Shown here: one piece after another, positions 25,340 to 38,565 of the stretch
Layout: each line of letters starts with the position of its first letter
How positions within the stretch are numbered: position 1 is the first letter of the stretch
Assembly (NCBI GenBank): GCA_964016885.1
Contig: OZ024741.1
Location: 271,312,001 to 271,376,000 of the forward strand
DNA from: Eledone cirrhosa
Lineage: Eukaryota
DNA: 64,000 nt
Direction of reading: 5' to 3'
Translations under genes and position numbers: made by a program
The notes under the pieces: generated by a model
What the model saw: only the letters and a program-made list of their open reading frames with translations
What the model was told of the DNA's origin: nothing
The model's database searches: none

Positions 25340-27573
25340 TGTTGGTGGTGGTGGTAGTAGTGGTTTGTGTTGGTGGTGGTGATGGTGGTAGTAGTGGTTT
25401 GTGTTGGTGTTGGTGTTGGTGGTAGTAGTGGTTTGTGTTGTTGTTGTTGTTGGTGGTGGTGGTAGTAGTAGTGGTTTGTGTTGGTGGTGGTGGTGGTAGT
25501 AGTGGTTTGTGTTGGTGGTGGTGATGGTGGTAGTAGTGGTTTGTGTTGGTGGTGGTGGTAGTAGTGGTTTGTGTTGGTGGTGGTGATGGTGGTAGTAGTG
25601 GTTTGTGTTGGTGGTGGTGATGGTGGTAGTAGTGGTTTGTGTTGGTGGTGGTGGTGGTAGTAGTGGTTTGTGTTGGTGGTGGTGATGGTAGTAGTAGTGG
25701 TTTGTGTTGGTGGTGGTGATGGTAGTAGTAGTGGTTTGTGTTGGTGGTGGTGGTAGTGGTGGTTTGTGTTGGTGGTGGTGATGGTGGTAGTAGTGGTTTG
25801 TGTTGGTGGTGGTGATGGTGGTAGTAGTGGTTTGTGTTGGTGGTGGTGGTGGTGGTGGTGGTAGTAGTGGTTTGTGTTGTTGTTGTTGGTGGTGGTGGTA
25901 GTAGTGGTTTGTGTTGTTGTTGTTGGTGATGGTGGTAGTAGTAGTTTGTGTTGGTGGTGGTAGTGGTGGTAGTAGTGGTTTGTGTTGGTGGTGGTGATGG
26001 TAGTAGTAGTGGTTTGTGTTGGTGGTGATGATGGTGGTAGTAGTGGTTTGTGTTGGTGGTGGTGATGGTGGTAGTAGTGGTTTGTGTTGGTGGTGGTGAT
26101 GGTGGTAGTAGTGGTTTGTGTTGGTGGTGGTGATGGTGGTAGTAGTGGTTTGTGTTGGTGGTGGTGGTGATGGTGGTAGTAGTGGTTTGTGTTGTTGGTG
26201 GTGGTGATGGTGGTAGTAGTGGTTTGCGTTGGTGGTGGTAGTGATGGTGGTAGTAGTGGTTTGTGTTGTTGGTGGTGGTGATGGTGGTAGTAGTGGTTTG
26301 TGTTGTTGGTGGTGGTGATGGTGGTAGTAGTGGTTTGTGTTGGTGGTGATGATGGTGGTAGTAGTGGTTTGTGTTGGTGGTGGTGATGGTGGTAGTAGTG
26401 GTTTGTGTTGGTGGTGGTGATGGTGGTAGTAGTGGTTTGTGTTGTTGGTGGTGGTGATGGTGGTAGTAGTGGTTTGTGTTGTTGGTGGTGGTGATGGTGG
26501 TAGTAGTGGTTTGTGTTGGTGGTGGTGATGGTGGTAGTAGTGGTTTGTGTTGGTGGTGGTAGTGATGGTGGTAGTAGTGGTTTGTGTTGGTGGTGGTGAT
26601 GGTGGTAGTAGTGGTTTGTGTTGGTGGTGGTGATGGTGGTAGTAGTGGTTTGTGTTGGTGGTGGTAGTGATGGTGGTAGTAGTGGTTTGTGTTGGTGGTG
26701 GTGATGGTGGTAGTAGTGGTTTGTGTTGGTGGTGGTAGTGATGGTGGTAGTAGTGGTTTGTGTTGGTGGTGGTGATGGTAGTAGTAGTGGTTTGTGTTGG
26801 TGATGGTGGTGGTGGTAGTAGTGGTTTGTGTTGGTGGTGGTGGTAGTAGTAGTGGTTTGTGTTGGTGGTGGTGATGGTGGTAGTAGTGGTTTGTGTTGGT
26901 GGTGGTAGTGATGGTGGTAGTAGTGGTTTGTGTTGGTGGTGGTGATGGTGGTAGTAGTGGTTTGTGTTGGTGGTGGTAGTGATGGTGGTAGTAGTGGTTT
27001 GTGTTGGTGGTGGTGATGGTGGTAGTAGTGGTTTGTGTTGGTGGTGGTAGTGATGGTGGTAGTAGTGGTTTGTGTTGTTGGTGGTGGTGATGGTGGTAGT
27101 AGTGGTTTGTGTTGGTGGTGGTGATGGTGGTAGTAGTGGTTTGTGTTGGTGGTGGTGATGGTGGTAGTAGTGGTTTGTGTTGGTGGTGGTGATGGTGGTA
27201 GTAGTGGTTTGTGTTGTTGGTGGTGGTGATGGTGGTAGTAGTGGTTTGTGTTGTTGGTGGTGGTGATGGTGGTAGTAGTGGTTTGTGTTGGTGGTGGTAG
27301 TGATGGTGGTAGTAGTGGTTTGTGTTGTTGGTGGTGGTGATGGTGGTAGTAGTGGTTTGTGTTGTTGGTGGTGATGGTGGTAGTAGTGGTTTGTGTTGGT
27401 GGTGGTAGTGATGGTGGTAGTAGTGGTTTGTGTTGGTGGTGGTGATGGTGGTAGTAGTGGTTTGTGTTGGTGGTGATGGTGGTGGTGGTAGTAGTGGTTT
27501 GTGTTGGTGGTGGTGATGGTGGTAGTAGTGGTTTGTGTTGGTGGTGATGGTGGTGGTGGTATTCTTGTTGTTG

Positions 27574-27605
<32 letters not shown>

Positions 27606-28594
27606 AGTAGTGGTTTGTGTTGGTGGTGGTGGTGGTAGTAGTGGTTTGTGTTGTTGGTGGTGGTGGTAGTAGTGGTTTGTGTTGTTGGTGGTGGTGATGG
27701 TGGTAGTAGTGGTTTGTGTTGGTGGTGGTGATGGTGGTAGTAGTGGTTTGTGTTGGTGGTGGTGATGGTGGTAGTAGTGGTTTGCGTTGGTGGTGGTGAT
27801 GGTGGTAGTAGTGGTTTGTGTTGGTGGTGGTAGTGATGGTGGTAGTAGTGGTTTGTGTTGTTGGTGGTGGTGATGGTGGTAGTAGTGGTTTGTGTTGTTG
27901 GTGGTGGTGATGGTGGTAGTAGTGGTTTGTGTTGGTGGTGGTGATGGTGGTAGTAGTGGTTTGTGTTGGTGGTGGTAGTGATGGTGGTAGTAGTGGTTTG
28001 TGTTGTTGGTGGTGGTGATGGTGGTAGTAGTGGTTTGTGTTGGTGGTGGTGATGGTGGTAGTAGTGGTTTGTGTTGGTGGTGGTGATGGTGGTAGTAGTG
28101 GTTTGTGTTGGTGGTGGTAGTGATGGTGGTAGTAGTGGTTTGTGTTGGTGGTGGTGATGGTGGTAGTAGTGGTTTGTGTTGGTGGTGATGGTGGTGGTAG
28201 TAGTGGTTTGTGTTGGTGGTGGTGATGGTGGTAGTAGTGGTTTGTGTTGGTGGTGGTGATGGTGGTAGTAGTGGTTTGTGTTGGTGGTGGTGATGGTGGT
28301 AGTAGTGGTTTGTGTTGGTGGTGGTAGTGATGGTGGTAGTAGTGGTTTGTGTTGGTGGTGGTGATGGTAGTAGTAGTGGTTTGTGTTGGTGGTGATGGTG
28401 GTGGTAGTAGTGGTTTGTGTTGGTGGTGGTGATGGTGGTAGTAGTGGTTTGTGTTGGTGGTGGTGATGGTGGTAGTAGTGGTTTGTGTTGGTGGTGGTGA
28501 TGGTGGTAGTAGTGGTTTGTGTTGTTGGTGGTGGTGATGGTGGTAGTAGTGGTTTGTGTTGGTGGTGATGGTGGTGGTGGTATTCTTGTTGTTG

Positions 28595-28626
<32 letters not shown>

Positions 28627-29701
28627 AGTAGTGGTTTGTGTTGTTGGTGGTGGTGGTAGTAGTGGTTTGTGTTGGTGGTGGTCGTGATGGTGGTAGTAGT
28701 GGTTTGTGTTGGTGGTGGTAGTGATGGTGGTAGTAGTGGTTTGTGTTGTTGGTGGTGGTGGTGGTAGTAGTGGTTTGTGTTGGTGGTGGTCGTGATGGTG
28801 GTAGTAGTGGTTTGTGTTGTTGGTGGTGGTGGTGGTAGTAGTGGTTTGTGTTGTTGGTGGTGGTGGTGGTAGTAGTGGTTTGTGTTGTTGGTGGTGGTGG
28901 TGGTAGTAGTGGTTTGTGTTGGTGGTGGTCGTGATGGTGGTAGTAGTGGTTTGTGTTGTTGGTGGTGGTGGTGGTAGTAGTGGTTTGTGTTGGTGGTGGT
29001 CGTGATGGTGGTAGTAGTGGTTTGTGTTGTTGGTGGTGGTGGTGGTAGTAGTGGTTTGTGTTGGTGGTGGTCGTGATGGTGGTAGTAGTGGTTTGTGTTG
29101 TTGGTGGTAGTGATGGTGGTAGTAGTGGTTTGTGTTGTTGGTGGTGGTGGTGGTAGTAGTGGTTTGTGTTGGTGGTGGTCGTGATGGTGGTAGTAGTGGT
29201 TTGTGTTGTTGGTGGTGATGGTGGTAGTAGTGGTTTGTGTTGTTGGTGGTGGTGATGGTGGTAGTAGTGGTTTGTGTTGGTGGTGGTAGTGATGGTGGTA
29301 GTAGTGGTTTGTGTTGGTGGTGGTGATGGTGGTAGTAGTGGTTTGTGTTGTTGGTGGTGGTGATGGTGGTAGTAGTGGTTTGTGTTGGTGGTGGTAGTGA
29401 TGGTGGTAGTAGTGGTTTGTGTTGTTGGTGGTGGTGATGGTGGTAGTAGTGGTTTGTGTTGGTGGTGGTAGTGATGGTGGTAGTAGTGGTTTGTGTTGTT
29501 GGTGGTGATGGTGGTAGTAGTGGTTTGTGTTGTTGGTGGTGGTGATGGTGGTAGTAGTGGTTTGTGTTGGTGGTGGTAGTGATGGTGGTAGTAGTGGTTT
29601 GTGTTGGTGGTGGTGATGGTGGTAGTAGTGGTTTGTGTTGTTGGTGGTGGTGATGGTGGTAGTAGTGGTTTGTGTTGGTGGTGATGGTGGTGGTGGTATT
29701 C

Positions 29702-29745
<44 letters not shown>

Positions 29746-29790
29746 GGTGATGGTGGTGGTGGTATTCTTGTTGGTGGTGGTGGTGGTGGT
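25340..29790. repeat. About 4.4-kb satellite of a 34-bp unit (31/37-bp variants)
   Basis: Unit GGTAGTAGTGGTTTGTGTTGGTGGTGGTGATGGT. Confidence 0.95.
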
Positions 29791-29919
29791 GATGGGGTTG
29801 TTGTTGTTGTTATAATTCGTGTAATGTTGCCGCCGCTACCGTTAAATATTTAGCCCTAGGTCAGATATATCAGTGACAATAGTAACAGCAGGTAGGTGAG
29901 TTACGTCCTTTCATTGTGG

Positions 29920-30690
29920 TTATTGCTGTTGTTGTTGTAGTTGTTCCTTGTATTGTTGTTATTATTGTTGTTGCTGTTGTTGTTGTTGGTGGTGGTGGTG
30001 TGATTGTTGGTGTTGCCAGCGGTGGCGGCGGTGTTGGTTATGGTGGCGTTGTTGTTGGTGTTGTTGGTGGTGTTGTTGGTGGTGGTGGTGTTGTTGGTGG
30101 TGTTGGTAGTGGTGGTGTCCTTGGCGGTAGTGGTGTTGTTGTTGGTAGTGGTGGTGTTGGTGGTGGTGGCGGTGGTGGTGGTGGTGTTGGTAGTGGTGGT
30201 GTTGGTAGTGGTGGTGTTGGTAGTGGTGGTGTTGCTGGTGGTGGTGTTGGTAGTGGTGGTGTTGTTGGTGGTGTTGTTGGTGGTTTTGTTGGTGTTATTG
30301 TTGGTGGTGCTGTTGTTGGTAGTGGTGGTGTTGGTGGTAGTGGTGGTATTGTTGGTAGTGGTGGTGTTGGTGGTAGTGGTGGTGTTGTTGCTGGTATTGT
30401 TGTAGTAGTTGTTGGTGTTGTTGCTTTTCTTGGTAATGTAGGTTGTGTTGTTACTGCTGCTAGAGTTGTTGTTGCTGTTGTTGCTGTTGTTGCTGTTGTT
30501 GGTGTAGTTGGTGTAGTAGCTTTTGTTGGTGTAGTAGCTTTTGTTGGTGTTGTTGGTGTAGTAGCTTTTGTTGGTGTTGTTGGTGTAGTAGCTTTTGTTG
30601 GTGTAGTTGGTGTAGTAGCTTTTGTTGGTGTTGTTAGTTGTGTTGTTGTTACAGCTGGTCGTGTTGTTCCTGTCCATGCTGTTGTTGTTA
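29920..30690. repeat. (GTT/GGT)n low-complexity tract
   Basis: Seen directly. Confidence 0.9.
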
Positions 30691-30947
30691 GCTATTTAAC
30701 CCCAGGTCTGTTCTGATCCAGTAAGCTTAAAATCGAATAACATCTATATCGAACATACATTACGTAATGTGTGATTTTCCATGTTTAATACAGTAGGGTG
30801 TGGTTTCGGGCAGATTTCGCTGCTATTTCTAGCAACCACTAATAGCATATAGAGTGTAACAAGTGTGTTTGTTTCTGTTTGTGTGTGTTCGTATATGTGT
30901 GTGTAACTTATAACAATTTTGACACTTCAGTTTCGAGGTTGGGACGT

Positions 30948-31014
<67 letters not shown>

Positions 31015-31015
31015 A

Positions 31016-31051
<36 letters not shown>

Positions 31052-31127
31052 ATATATATATATATATATATACGTAAGTATCTATATGCATCATCCATCC
31101 ATGATTATAATATTATGAGTTGGTAGA

Positions 31128-31221
<94 letters not shown>

Positions 31222-31266
31222 GGATTCGCGACCCCGGCGGCTTAACTCCTGCCGTTTCAACAGCTG

Positions 31267-31305
<39 letters not shown>

Positions 31306-31443
31306 TTTATTAAAATAACAGATTAAACTTTAATCTGTTATTTTAATAAATATTTGCTCTACGGTTCTTATATATTTGATATATATTTATCCTTATCGAG
31401 ACCTCTTATCGAGCCTTATCGAGTCTTCATATTTATTATTATC

Positions 31444-31644
31444 GGTGGATTGGCAGTATCGGTAGAGGGTCGGACGCCATGCTTTCCAGCATAGTTACGT
31501 CCCTTTACGATCTGAGTTCAACTCCCGCCGAGGTTGACTTTGCCTTTCATCCTTACGGGGTCGATAAAATAAAGTACCAGTAATGCACTGGGTAATTGCT
31601 GGCCTTGTGCCTAAAGTAGAAACAATTATTTATTATTATTTATT

Positions 31645-31660
<16 letters not shown>
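31444..31660 (+). mobile_element. tRNA-derived SINE (family A), full length with (TTA)n tail
   Basis: A box TGGCAGTATCGG, B box GAGTTCAACTCC, and central GCCTTTCATCCTTACGGGGTCGATAAAATAAAGTACCAG resembling a Deu/Nin-type domain. Other copies at 32658-32884(-) and 50504-50695(-), with partials near 1200-1350 and 58205-58310. Confidence 0.85.
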
Positions 31661-31693
<33 letters not shown>

Positions 31694-31828
31694 CGAAGGA
31701 ATTGTGGTAAGGAACCTGGTGAACCATAACGCACCAGAGTACTCAATACTTTGGGAAACTATAGGAAAGTAAAAAACAACACAACAACAACGCAGGAGTA
31801 TATATATTGGATTGGATATATATATATT

Positions 31829-31863
<35 letters not shown>

Positions 31864-31903
31864 TAAATGAATGAATGAAGGAGTTACAAGCCGTTAAAAC
31901 AAG

Positions 31904-31942
<39 letters not shown>

Positions 31943-33129
31943 AAAATAGTCAGGACCCCGACGGCTGAGCTCCGGCCGTTTCGTCAGCTGGATCCGAACT
32001 CTACTACACTTGTACTGCACTCTTCGCTTTGTTTTTGTTTTCTGTTTTAACTATATATCACCTTGACCGACCAGTCTGTCGGGCGCCAATCGGTGCCGCT
32101 GGTCACAGCACGTTGTGCTGTTTTAGCCATAAGATAACGCCATCCCGCTGGCTGGGCGGGCAGGCCGGTATCCATTTCTACACTGAGTAAACTGGAGCAA
32201 TTTGAAATAAAGTGTCTTGCTCAAGGAAGCAACACATCAACCGGTCCGAGATTTGAACTCACAACTCCAATGCTTTAACCACTAAGCCATGCGCCTTCAC
32301 TTATATATATATATATATAATCAACCGGAGGTATATGGTCTTTAAAGCGATGAAATACCAATGATGGTTGGAAGATCACTGATGAAGGACTAACTTTATT
32401 CATATATATATATATATTTGCAATCGAAAGGTTGTGTGTTCAAGTCTCAGACCAGGTGATGTGTTGTTTCCTTATATATATGTATATATATATATATATA
32501 TACATATATACAACACCGGTATTCTCGGTACAGGTTATTCACGGAATTTCCCTTTAACCACTAAGCCATGCGCCTTCACTATATATATATATATATAGTG
32601 GAACACCGGTATTCGCGGTACAGGTTATTCACGGAATTTCCCTTAGAACGTAACTCATGATTTCTAGTATAGGCACACGCCCAGTAATTTTTTTTATTTG
32701 GGAGGGGGGGAGTCCATTAACTCGACCCCTAGTACGTTACTGGGGCTTTATTTTATCGACCCCGTAAGGATGAAAGGCAAAGTTAACCTCGGCAGGATTT
32801 GAACTAAGACCGTAAAGGACCGTAACTCTATGCTACAAAGCATGGTGTTCGACTCTCTACCAATACAACCAATCCACCGCCTTTAGAACCTAATAATTGT
32901 TCGTGGAAACCCCAGCATATTCGCAGAATCGGCTTTTTTCGTAGCAATATTTTTTTTCACATTTTTTAACGCTAAATTATTAATATCGATATACCGTATT
33001 TGCTTGCCTATATTTTACGTTATATTTTGACGTTTATAGGCATTTTTATGGACCACGTCAAATATTCGCGGCTTTTCACTCTTCACGGATGCTCTAGGAA
33101 CGTAACCCACGGGAATACCGGGGGACAAC

Positions 33130-33231
<102 letters not shown>

Positions 33232-33415
33232 CATAAATCCTCTAGCTACTGCTGGTATTATTTTCAGTAAAGTGAAAATAAGTTATTTGCTCCATAACAC
33301 ATCGCACGAACCGTTCCAGTAATCGTACCAACAACATTATGATCGTAAGTTCAACTCACTAACGACAAGGCCATACGCCTACACTATCTGCTTATCTATC
33401 TATCTATCTATCTAT

Positions 33416-36149
33416 AGAAGAGGCCATTAGAAGTGGCAACGTAGCCAGCGTGCTAGCAACGAGAACGGCCTTGGACCAGTTCTTCGACGCAAAGCACGAG
33501 GGCTGCGTTGTCAGAAGCAAAATACGTGCTCTGGGAAACGAGGGAGCCAAAGCTGTTAGCTGGGCCCGAGTGACGGAGGCAAAAAGTGGCAACAAGTCCA
33601 CGATTCGGTCTTTGAAGGACCAAAACGGACGCGTGATACGTGAGCCGAAGCAGATGTGTGCGGCTTTTCAGCGGCACTTTGCTCGGCTGTTCGGGGGGAG
33701 CGGCGCGCCGGGAGAGGCTATGGATTTCGGTCCATACCTCGACGGCCTACCGCGACTCTCGGACAGCGAGGCGAAGTTCTGCGAAAAGCCGATTTCAGCC
33801 ACTGAGATAGGGGACGCGCTGAGCCAATGCGGCAAACGCAAATCTCCAGGTCTCGACGGTCTACCCTACGAATTTTACGTAGCAATGCCGGACTTATTCT
33901 CCGGTCTCCTGGAAGCGGTCTACTGCAACTGGCAACAGAACGGGAGAATTCCCAATTCTGTAACCGGGGGTGTGGTCACACTAATCAGGAAGGACGAGAA
34001 TAAGGGGGATGACATAGGCAACTTCCGGCCCATAACTCTGCTAAACACAGAGTTACAGATTTTGGCCAAGGTGTTGGCAAAGAGGCTGGCGCTTGTCGTC
34101 GAGAACCTGGTGGGAGAAGCGCAGACATGCGCGATCCCGACCAGGTCCATACACGACAACCTCCACCTCATGCGATACATCATAGAGAGGGTAGGGTGTA
34201 AACCCGGCTTCGGTGGGGCCCTGATCAACTTGGATCAGTCTAAGGCTTTCGATAGGGTTGACCATCGTTACCTGGATGCGGTGCTCGAGGCGGCAGGCTT
34301 CGGACCCGTGTTCAGGGGCTGGATTGCTGCAATGCACAACAGCAACATCTGCTCAAGGGTCAAGGTGAACGGTTACCTCTCGGAGCCGTTCCATATTACG
34401 CGATCCATTCGACAGGGATGCCCTCTCTCCTCCCTTCTGTACGTACTGACTCTCGAGCCACTACTGCGGAAGCTGGAGCTATTGCAGGGCATCCCTCTGG
34501 AACCGGGACTGCGGAAAGCGGCGTCGGCCTACGCCGACGACGTGACAGTAATGGTGTCGAGCGCCTCGCAAATCGAGAAAGTCGGCACCTTACTAAAGGA
34601 ATACGAAAGTCTCACAGGAGCGAAGCTGAACCGGGACAAGTCCATCGGTTTGCAACTCGGATCGTGGAGAGGCAGACCGATGCCTTCCGATGGCGTCGTC
34701 GGACGCTGGACGGAAGGACCGGTAAAGCTGCTCGGGGTCTGGTTTGGTCCGGACCTCCAGGTGGAGAAGAACTGGAACGAAGTGATGGCCAAGGTGTTTG
34801 CACTCACCCAGAAGTGGGCCGAGTGCAAACTATCCTTGAAAGGTCGAGCGGAGGTGGCGAACACTTTTATAGCGTCCGCCATCTACTACCGCTTGACCGT
34901 CGTGCCTTGTCCAGCCAAAACGCTCGCCAAAATGGAGCGCGCCCTCTTCCGATTCCTTTGGAAGAGGCGGGCTCCTTTGGTAAGAAGATCCATCTGCTGC
35001 CAACACCCTTCTAACGGAGGGCTGGGGATGCCGTGGTTGACGATGCGCAAACACGCGCTCAGGCTGCGGCATCTCTACGTATTCCTCACCGGACAACCGG
35101 TGTGGGCCCCGTTCGTGAGGCGAGCCTTCCCACGACTCGTCTCACTGACCGAGCTGCAGTCCTGGGTCAAGCAGAGACCGAGGAAAATGGGCGACTGGCA
35201 CATCGAATGTGCTCAGGCGCTCACAGCCCTCTGGCAGGCGGACCCGGCGATCAGTGGAGACTCCACTTCGTCATTCTATAGAGGGTTGGTCCGCAGCAAG
35301 TGCGACGACGCGCTCGGTGAAACTCTAGGCGTGGAGGAAGATGAACTGGCCAGTCTGTTCGGTAGGACCTTCCGCCCGGGACCGATGGACAACTTCCAAA
35401 AGTCCCTGGCCTGGCAGTGCTACCGAGGAGCTCTACCAGTTCGAGACAAGCTCTACAGACATGGGCGCCCGGGCAGGGACCCTGCAAAAAAGATCTGTCC
35501 GAGGTGCGTGCGAGACGAAGAAACCGTCGCGCACGCATTCATACACTGCCCGGGCGTCACTGACCTGTGGGGATATGTAGAACGACTATTGTCGCGGGTG
35601 GGACCAATCCAGTTGACCACCGAGTCCATTGTCATGATCAAACCGCCACCCTCCTTCAAAAACGAAGGAGAGGCGGTTTTCCTTTGTGTGATAGCTATGG
35701 CGAAAGAGGTTGTATGGTGGACAAGGTTAAAAGGGCTGAGGTCAGACACCTTTCTCTCCGGCCAACAACTGATTCTTTTTTTCAAATACCACTTTGGAAG
35801 AAGAATCAGGATGGAGAGAGAGGTGCTGTACCCCAGCAAGTTTTATGAAAGGTGGGTGAAAGTGGCGAGAATGGCCCGAGTGAATGGGCCTTCTCTCTAT
35901 ATCAGCCTGTAGATTGAGGAAAAGGAGGAGGAGAGGAAAGGAGTACAAGCTCTTCGTACTCCTGGAGATGAGGGTTGCACATTTTTTTCGGGGGTATGTG
36001 TTACCCATATAAACTGTCTCCCTCTATTGGGGAAAATCGACTAACTTTTAAATTCCATCTGTGATAACATTTTACACGTTTTTATTGTATGTAAACTTCC
36101 CCCTTTGTATTTGTCCCCTTCTTTTGTGCCCCTGTGGCTAATAAAGAAA
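33416..36149 (+). mobile_element. 5'-truncated Tx1/L1-clade non-LTR retrotransposon
   Basis: GC-rich island with an RT ORF and a short 3' UTR ending AATAAAGAAA. (TATC)n lies on both sides. Confidence 0.9.
33417..35912 (+). CDS. LINE ORF2 remnant: reverse transcriptase plus C-terminal zinc finger (endonuclease lost by truncation)
   Basis: KSPGLDGLPYEFY, NFRPITLLN, LDQSKAFDRV, RQGCPLS, AYADDVT, GGLGMP, CPRC...HAFIHC. No stop codon over about 830 codons. Confidence 0.93.
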   Translation, partial: EEAIRSGNVASVLATRTALDQFFDAKHEGCVVRSKIRALGNEGAKAVSWARVTEAKSGNKSTIRSLKDQNGRVIREPKQMCAAFQRHFARLFGGSGAPGEAMDFGPYLDGLPRLSDSEAKFCEKPISATEIGDALSQCGKRKSPGLDGLPYEFYVAMPDLFSGLLEAVYCNWQQNGRIPNSVTGGVVTLIRKDENKGDDIGNFRPITLLNTELQILAKVLAKRLALVVENLVGEAQTCAIPTRSIHDNLHLMRYIIERVGCKPGFGGALINLDQSKAFDRVDHRYLDAVLEAAGFGPVFRGWIAAMHNSNICSRVKVNGYLSEPFHITRSIRQGCPLSSLLYVLTLEPLLRKLELLQGIPLEPGLRKAASAYADDVTVMVSSASQIEKVGTLLKEYESLTGAKLNRDKSIGLQLGSWRGRPMPSDGVVGRWTEGPVKLLGVWFGPDLQVEKNWNEVMAKVFALTQKWAECKLSLKGRAEVANTFIASAIYYRLTVVPCPAKTLAKMERALFRFLWKRRAPLVRRSICCQHPSNGGLGMPWLTMRKHALRLRHLYVFLTGQPVWAPFVRRAFPRLVSLTELQSWVKQRPRKMGDWHIECAQALTALWQADPAISGDSTSSFYRGLVRSKCDDALGETLGVEEDELASLFGRTFRPGPMDNFQKSLAWQCYRGALPVRDKLYRHGRPGRDPAKKICPRCVRDEETVAHAFIHCPGVTDLWGYVERLLSRVGPIQLTTESIVMIKPPPSFKNEGEAVFLCVIAMAKEVVWWTRLKGLRSDTFLSGQQLILFFKYHFGRRIRMEREVLYPSKFYERWVKVARMARVNGPSLYISL

Positions 36150-36184
36150 TATATCTATCTATCTATTATCTATCTAGCTATCTA

Positions 36185-36245
<61 letters not shown>

Positions 36246-36352
36246 TTCACCGAAAGTGATTTTTCATTGCATCTCTTCTTTCCATGATATCCGGAATACA
36301 TTGAGTTCTTCATACGGATTGGACACTACCGTAAACTCTTGGTAGATTTATC

Positions 36353-36427
<75 letters not shown>

Positions 36428-36440
36428 ATCTATCTATCTA

Positions 36441-36680
<240 letters not shown>

Positions 36681-36985
36681 TATGTAGAAGATAACTTGAA
36701 CTGTTAAGGTATATTATCCTTGGTCATGTCAAACATGTGAAGGCGTGTGGCTGAGTGGTTAGAGAATTGGATTCGCAATCGTAAGATTGTGAGTTCGGTT
36801 CCTGGACCAGGTGATGCGTTATGTCCTTGAGCAAGACACTTTATTTCACGTTGCTCCTTCTACCTGGAGTTGCGACCGATAGATAGTATTAGCAATTGGA
36901 AAGACCAACGGAAACATTGTTCCCTCGGTCCGATTTGACGAAAGTCGATCGTTCCTTTCATGTCAAATATTTATAAAACATTTTG

Positions 36986-37047
36986 TATTTTATCTGATGA
37001 TAGCGTACAAAAATTGTTGGTACCCTTGAAATATATATAATAGAATA
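36986..37047 (+). ncRNA. Type I hammerhead ribozyme motif
   Basis: TATTTTAT-CTGATGA-TAGCGTAC...GTACCCTT-GAAA-TATATA-TA-ATAGAATA. Same family as 16703. Confidence 0.7.
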
Positions 37048-37356
37048 AAAATGGTTTTAAAAATATAGTTTCCATTTATTTAATATATATATATATATAT
37101 ATATAATGTGATATATATATATATATATATATTATGTGATATATATATATGTATATATATATATTATGTGATATATATATATATGTATGTATGTGTGTAT
37201 ATATATATATATAAATAAATTTATCTTGACTCTGTTTTCCTGTGTTTTTCATCGAAAAAATGTTGAATACATCTTTTTTCATGATATTTGGATTACATTG
37301 AGTTCTTCATACGGATAGGACACTACCGTATATTTTGGTAGATTTATCTATCTATC

Positions 37357-37389
<33 letters not shown>

Positions 37390-37571
37390 ATGTTTATATA
37401 TATATGTATCATGCATAAGGTAATTGGTCACCAATATACATAACATCTCAGTGAAAAGATCACTAAAGTATATCTAAGATAAAATTCTTGCGTTGTTTCC
37501 TTCTTTTAGATAACTTAACTAGGACTCTACCTTTCTGTGATTTTGTATAAGATATTCTGTATGTATGTATA

Positions 37572-37720
37572 TATCATCATCATCATCATCATCATCATCG
37601 TTTAGCATGGTTTGGACGGGAATTTTCCCACTTGAGGCAAGATTGGTTGTCTTGCTCGTATAGGACTGTCTGGCGGGTTTTCTACGGCTGGATGCCCTTC
37701 CTAACACCAACCACGTTTAC
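37572..37720 (-). mobile_element. SINE/RTE-tail-like fragment with (GAT)n tail
   Basis: Minus strand GGTTGGTGTTAGGAAGGGCATCCAGCCGTAGAAA, followed by a (GAT)n tail. Confidence 0.5.
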
Positions 37721-38248
37721 AGTGTGGGTCTGGGAGGTTTTTACCGTGTTACCTACACGGCCACATTACAGCGTGGACTGTGTGTTTTTTGTCGTGACAC
37801 CTACACGACCTCATTTATTTCGGACTGCATGTTGTGGTACCAACATAACTTTACATAGGAAGGGGTGGTGTGGATGAGGTGGGGGTGGTGGGGCGGGGGT
37901 GTATTTTTGTTAGAGGTGCCTACTGACTGTAGGTTTCGCTTTGTACTTAGGCAAGGCGGGTCTTCTCTATTACTGTGTAGCGCCAAAGATCTCGGTCCAG
38001 TGACATTGTCTTGGAGAAGTTTAAGTGTGTGAGGTCGGAATTTATCAAGTCGTCCCGGGTTTTTCTGGGTCTATATATATATACATACATATATACATAT
38101 ATATATAATGAGTTGACGGACCCAGCATATTTATCAATGCCAGGACCAGTTGTATCTCAGCGTACTCAATAGGTAATGTAGGATACATCCCCAGAGTATA
38201 CACATAGTTATTCGCTTCAATACAACACACGTAAAACGGGTGCCTATA

Positions 38249-38307
<59 letters not shown>

Positions 38308-38495
38308 TATAAATCAGATAGGGTGTGGTAAAAACTAGCTAGACTATAACCCAGTGGTGTACTGTTCGGGGATCTAGCTGTCGAAACGGACGTAGCTTAG
38401 CCGTCGAGGTCCAGAATCTTTTCATATATATATATCCTTGTATTATCAGCTAACGTAAGAAAAGGTACTCAATACCGAAGTATATATATGTATTA

Positions 38496-38565
<70 letters not shown>

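Noticed and set aside
31444-31530. tRNA genes at the A/B-box motifs
   Set aside because: They are multi-copy SINE heads followed by a shared body and tail, with no proper cloverleaf.
32321-32400. GAAA...CTGATGA repeat (also about 48055-48130 and 52615-52690) as a permuted hammerhead, SECIS or C/D snoRNA
   Set aside because: Stem II cannot close next to GAAA, there is no downstream GAAA, and helix lengths do not fit SECIS. It is a dispersed repeat of unknown type.
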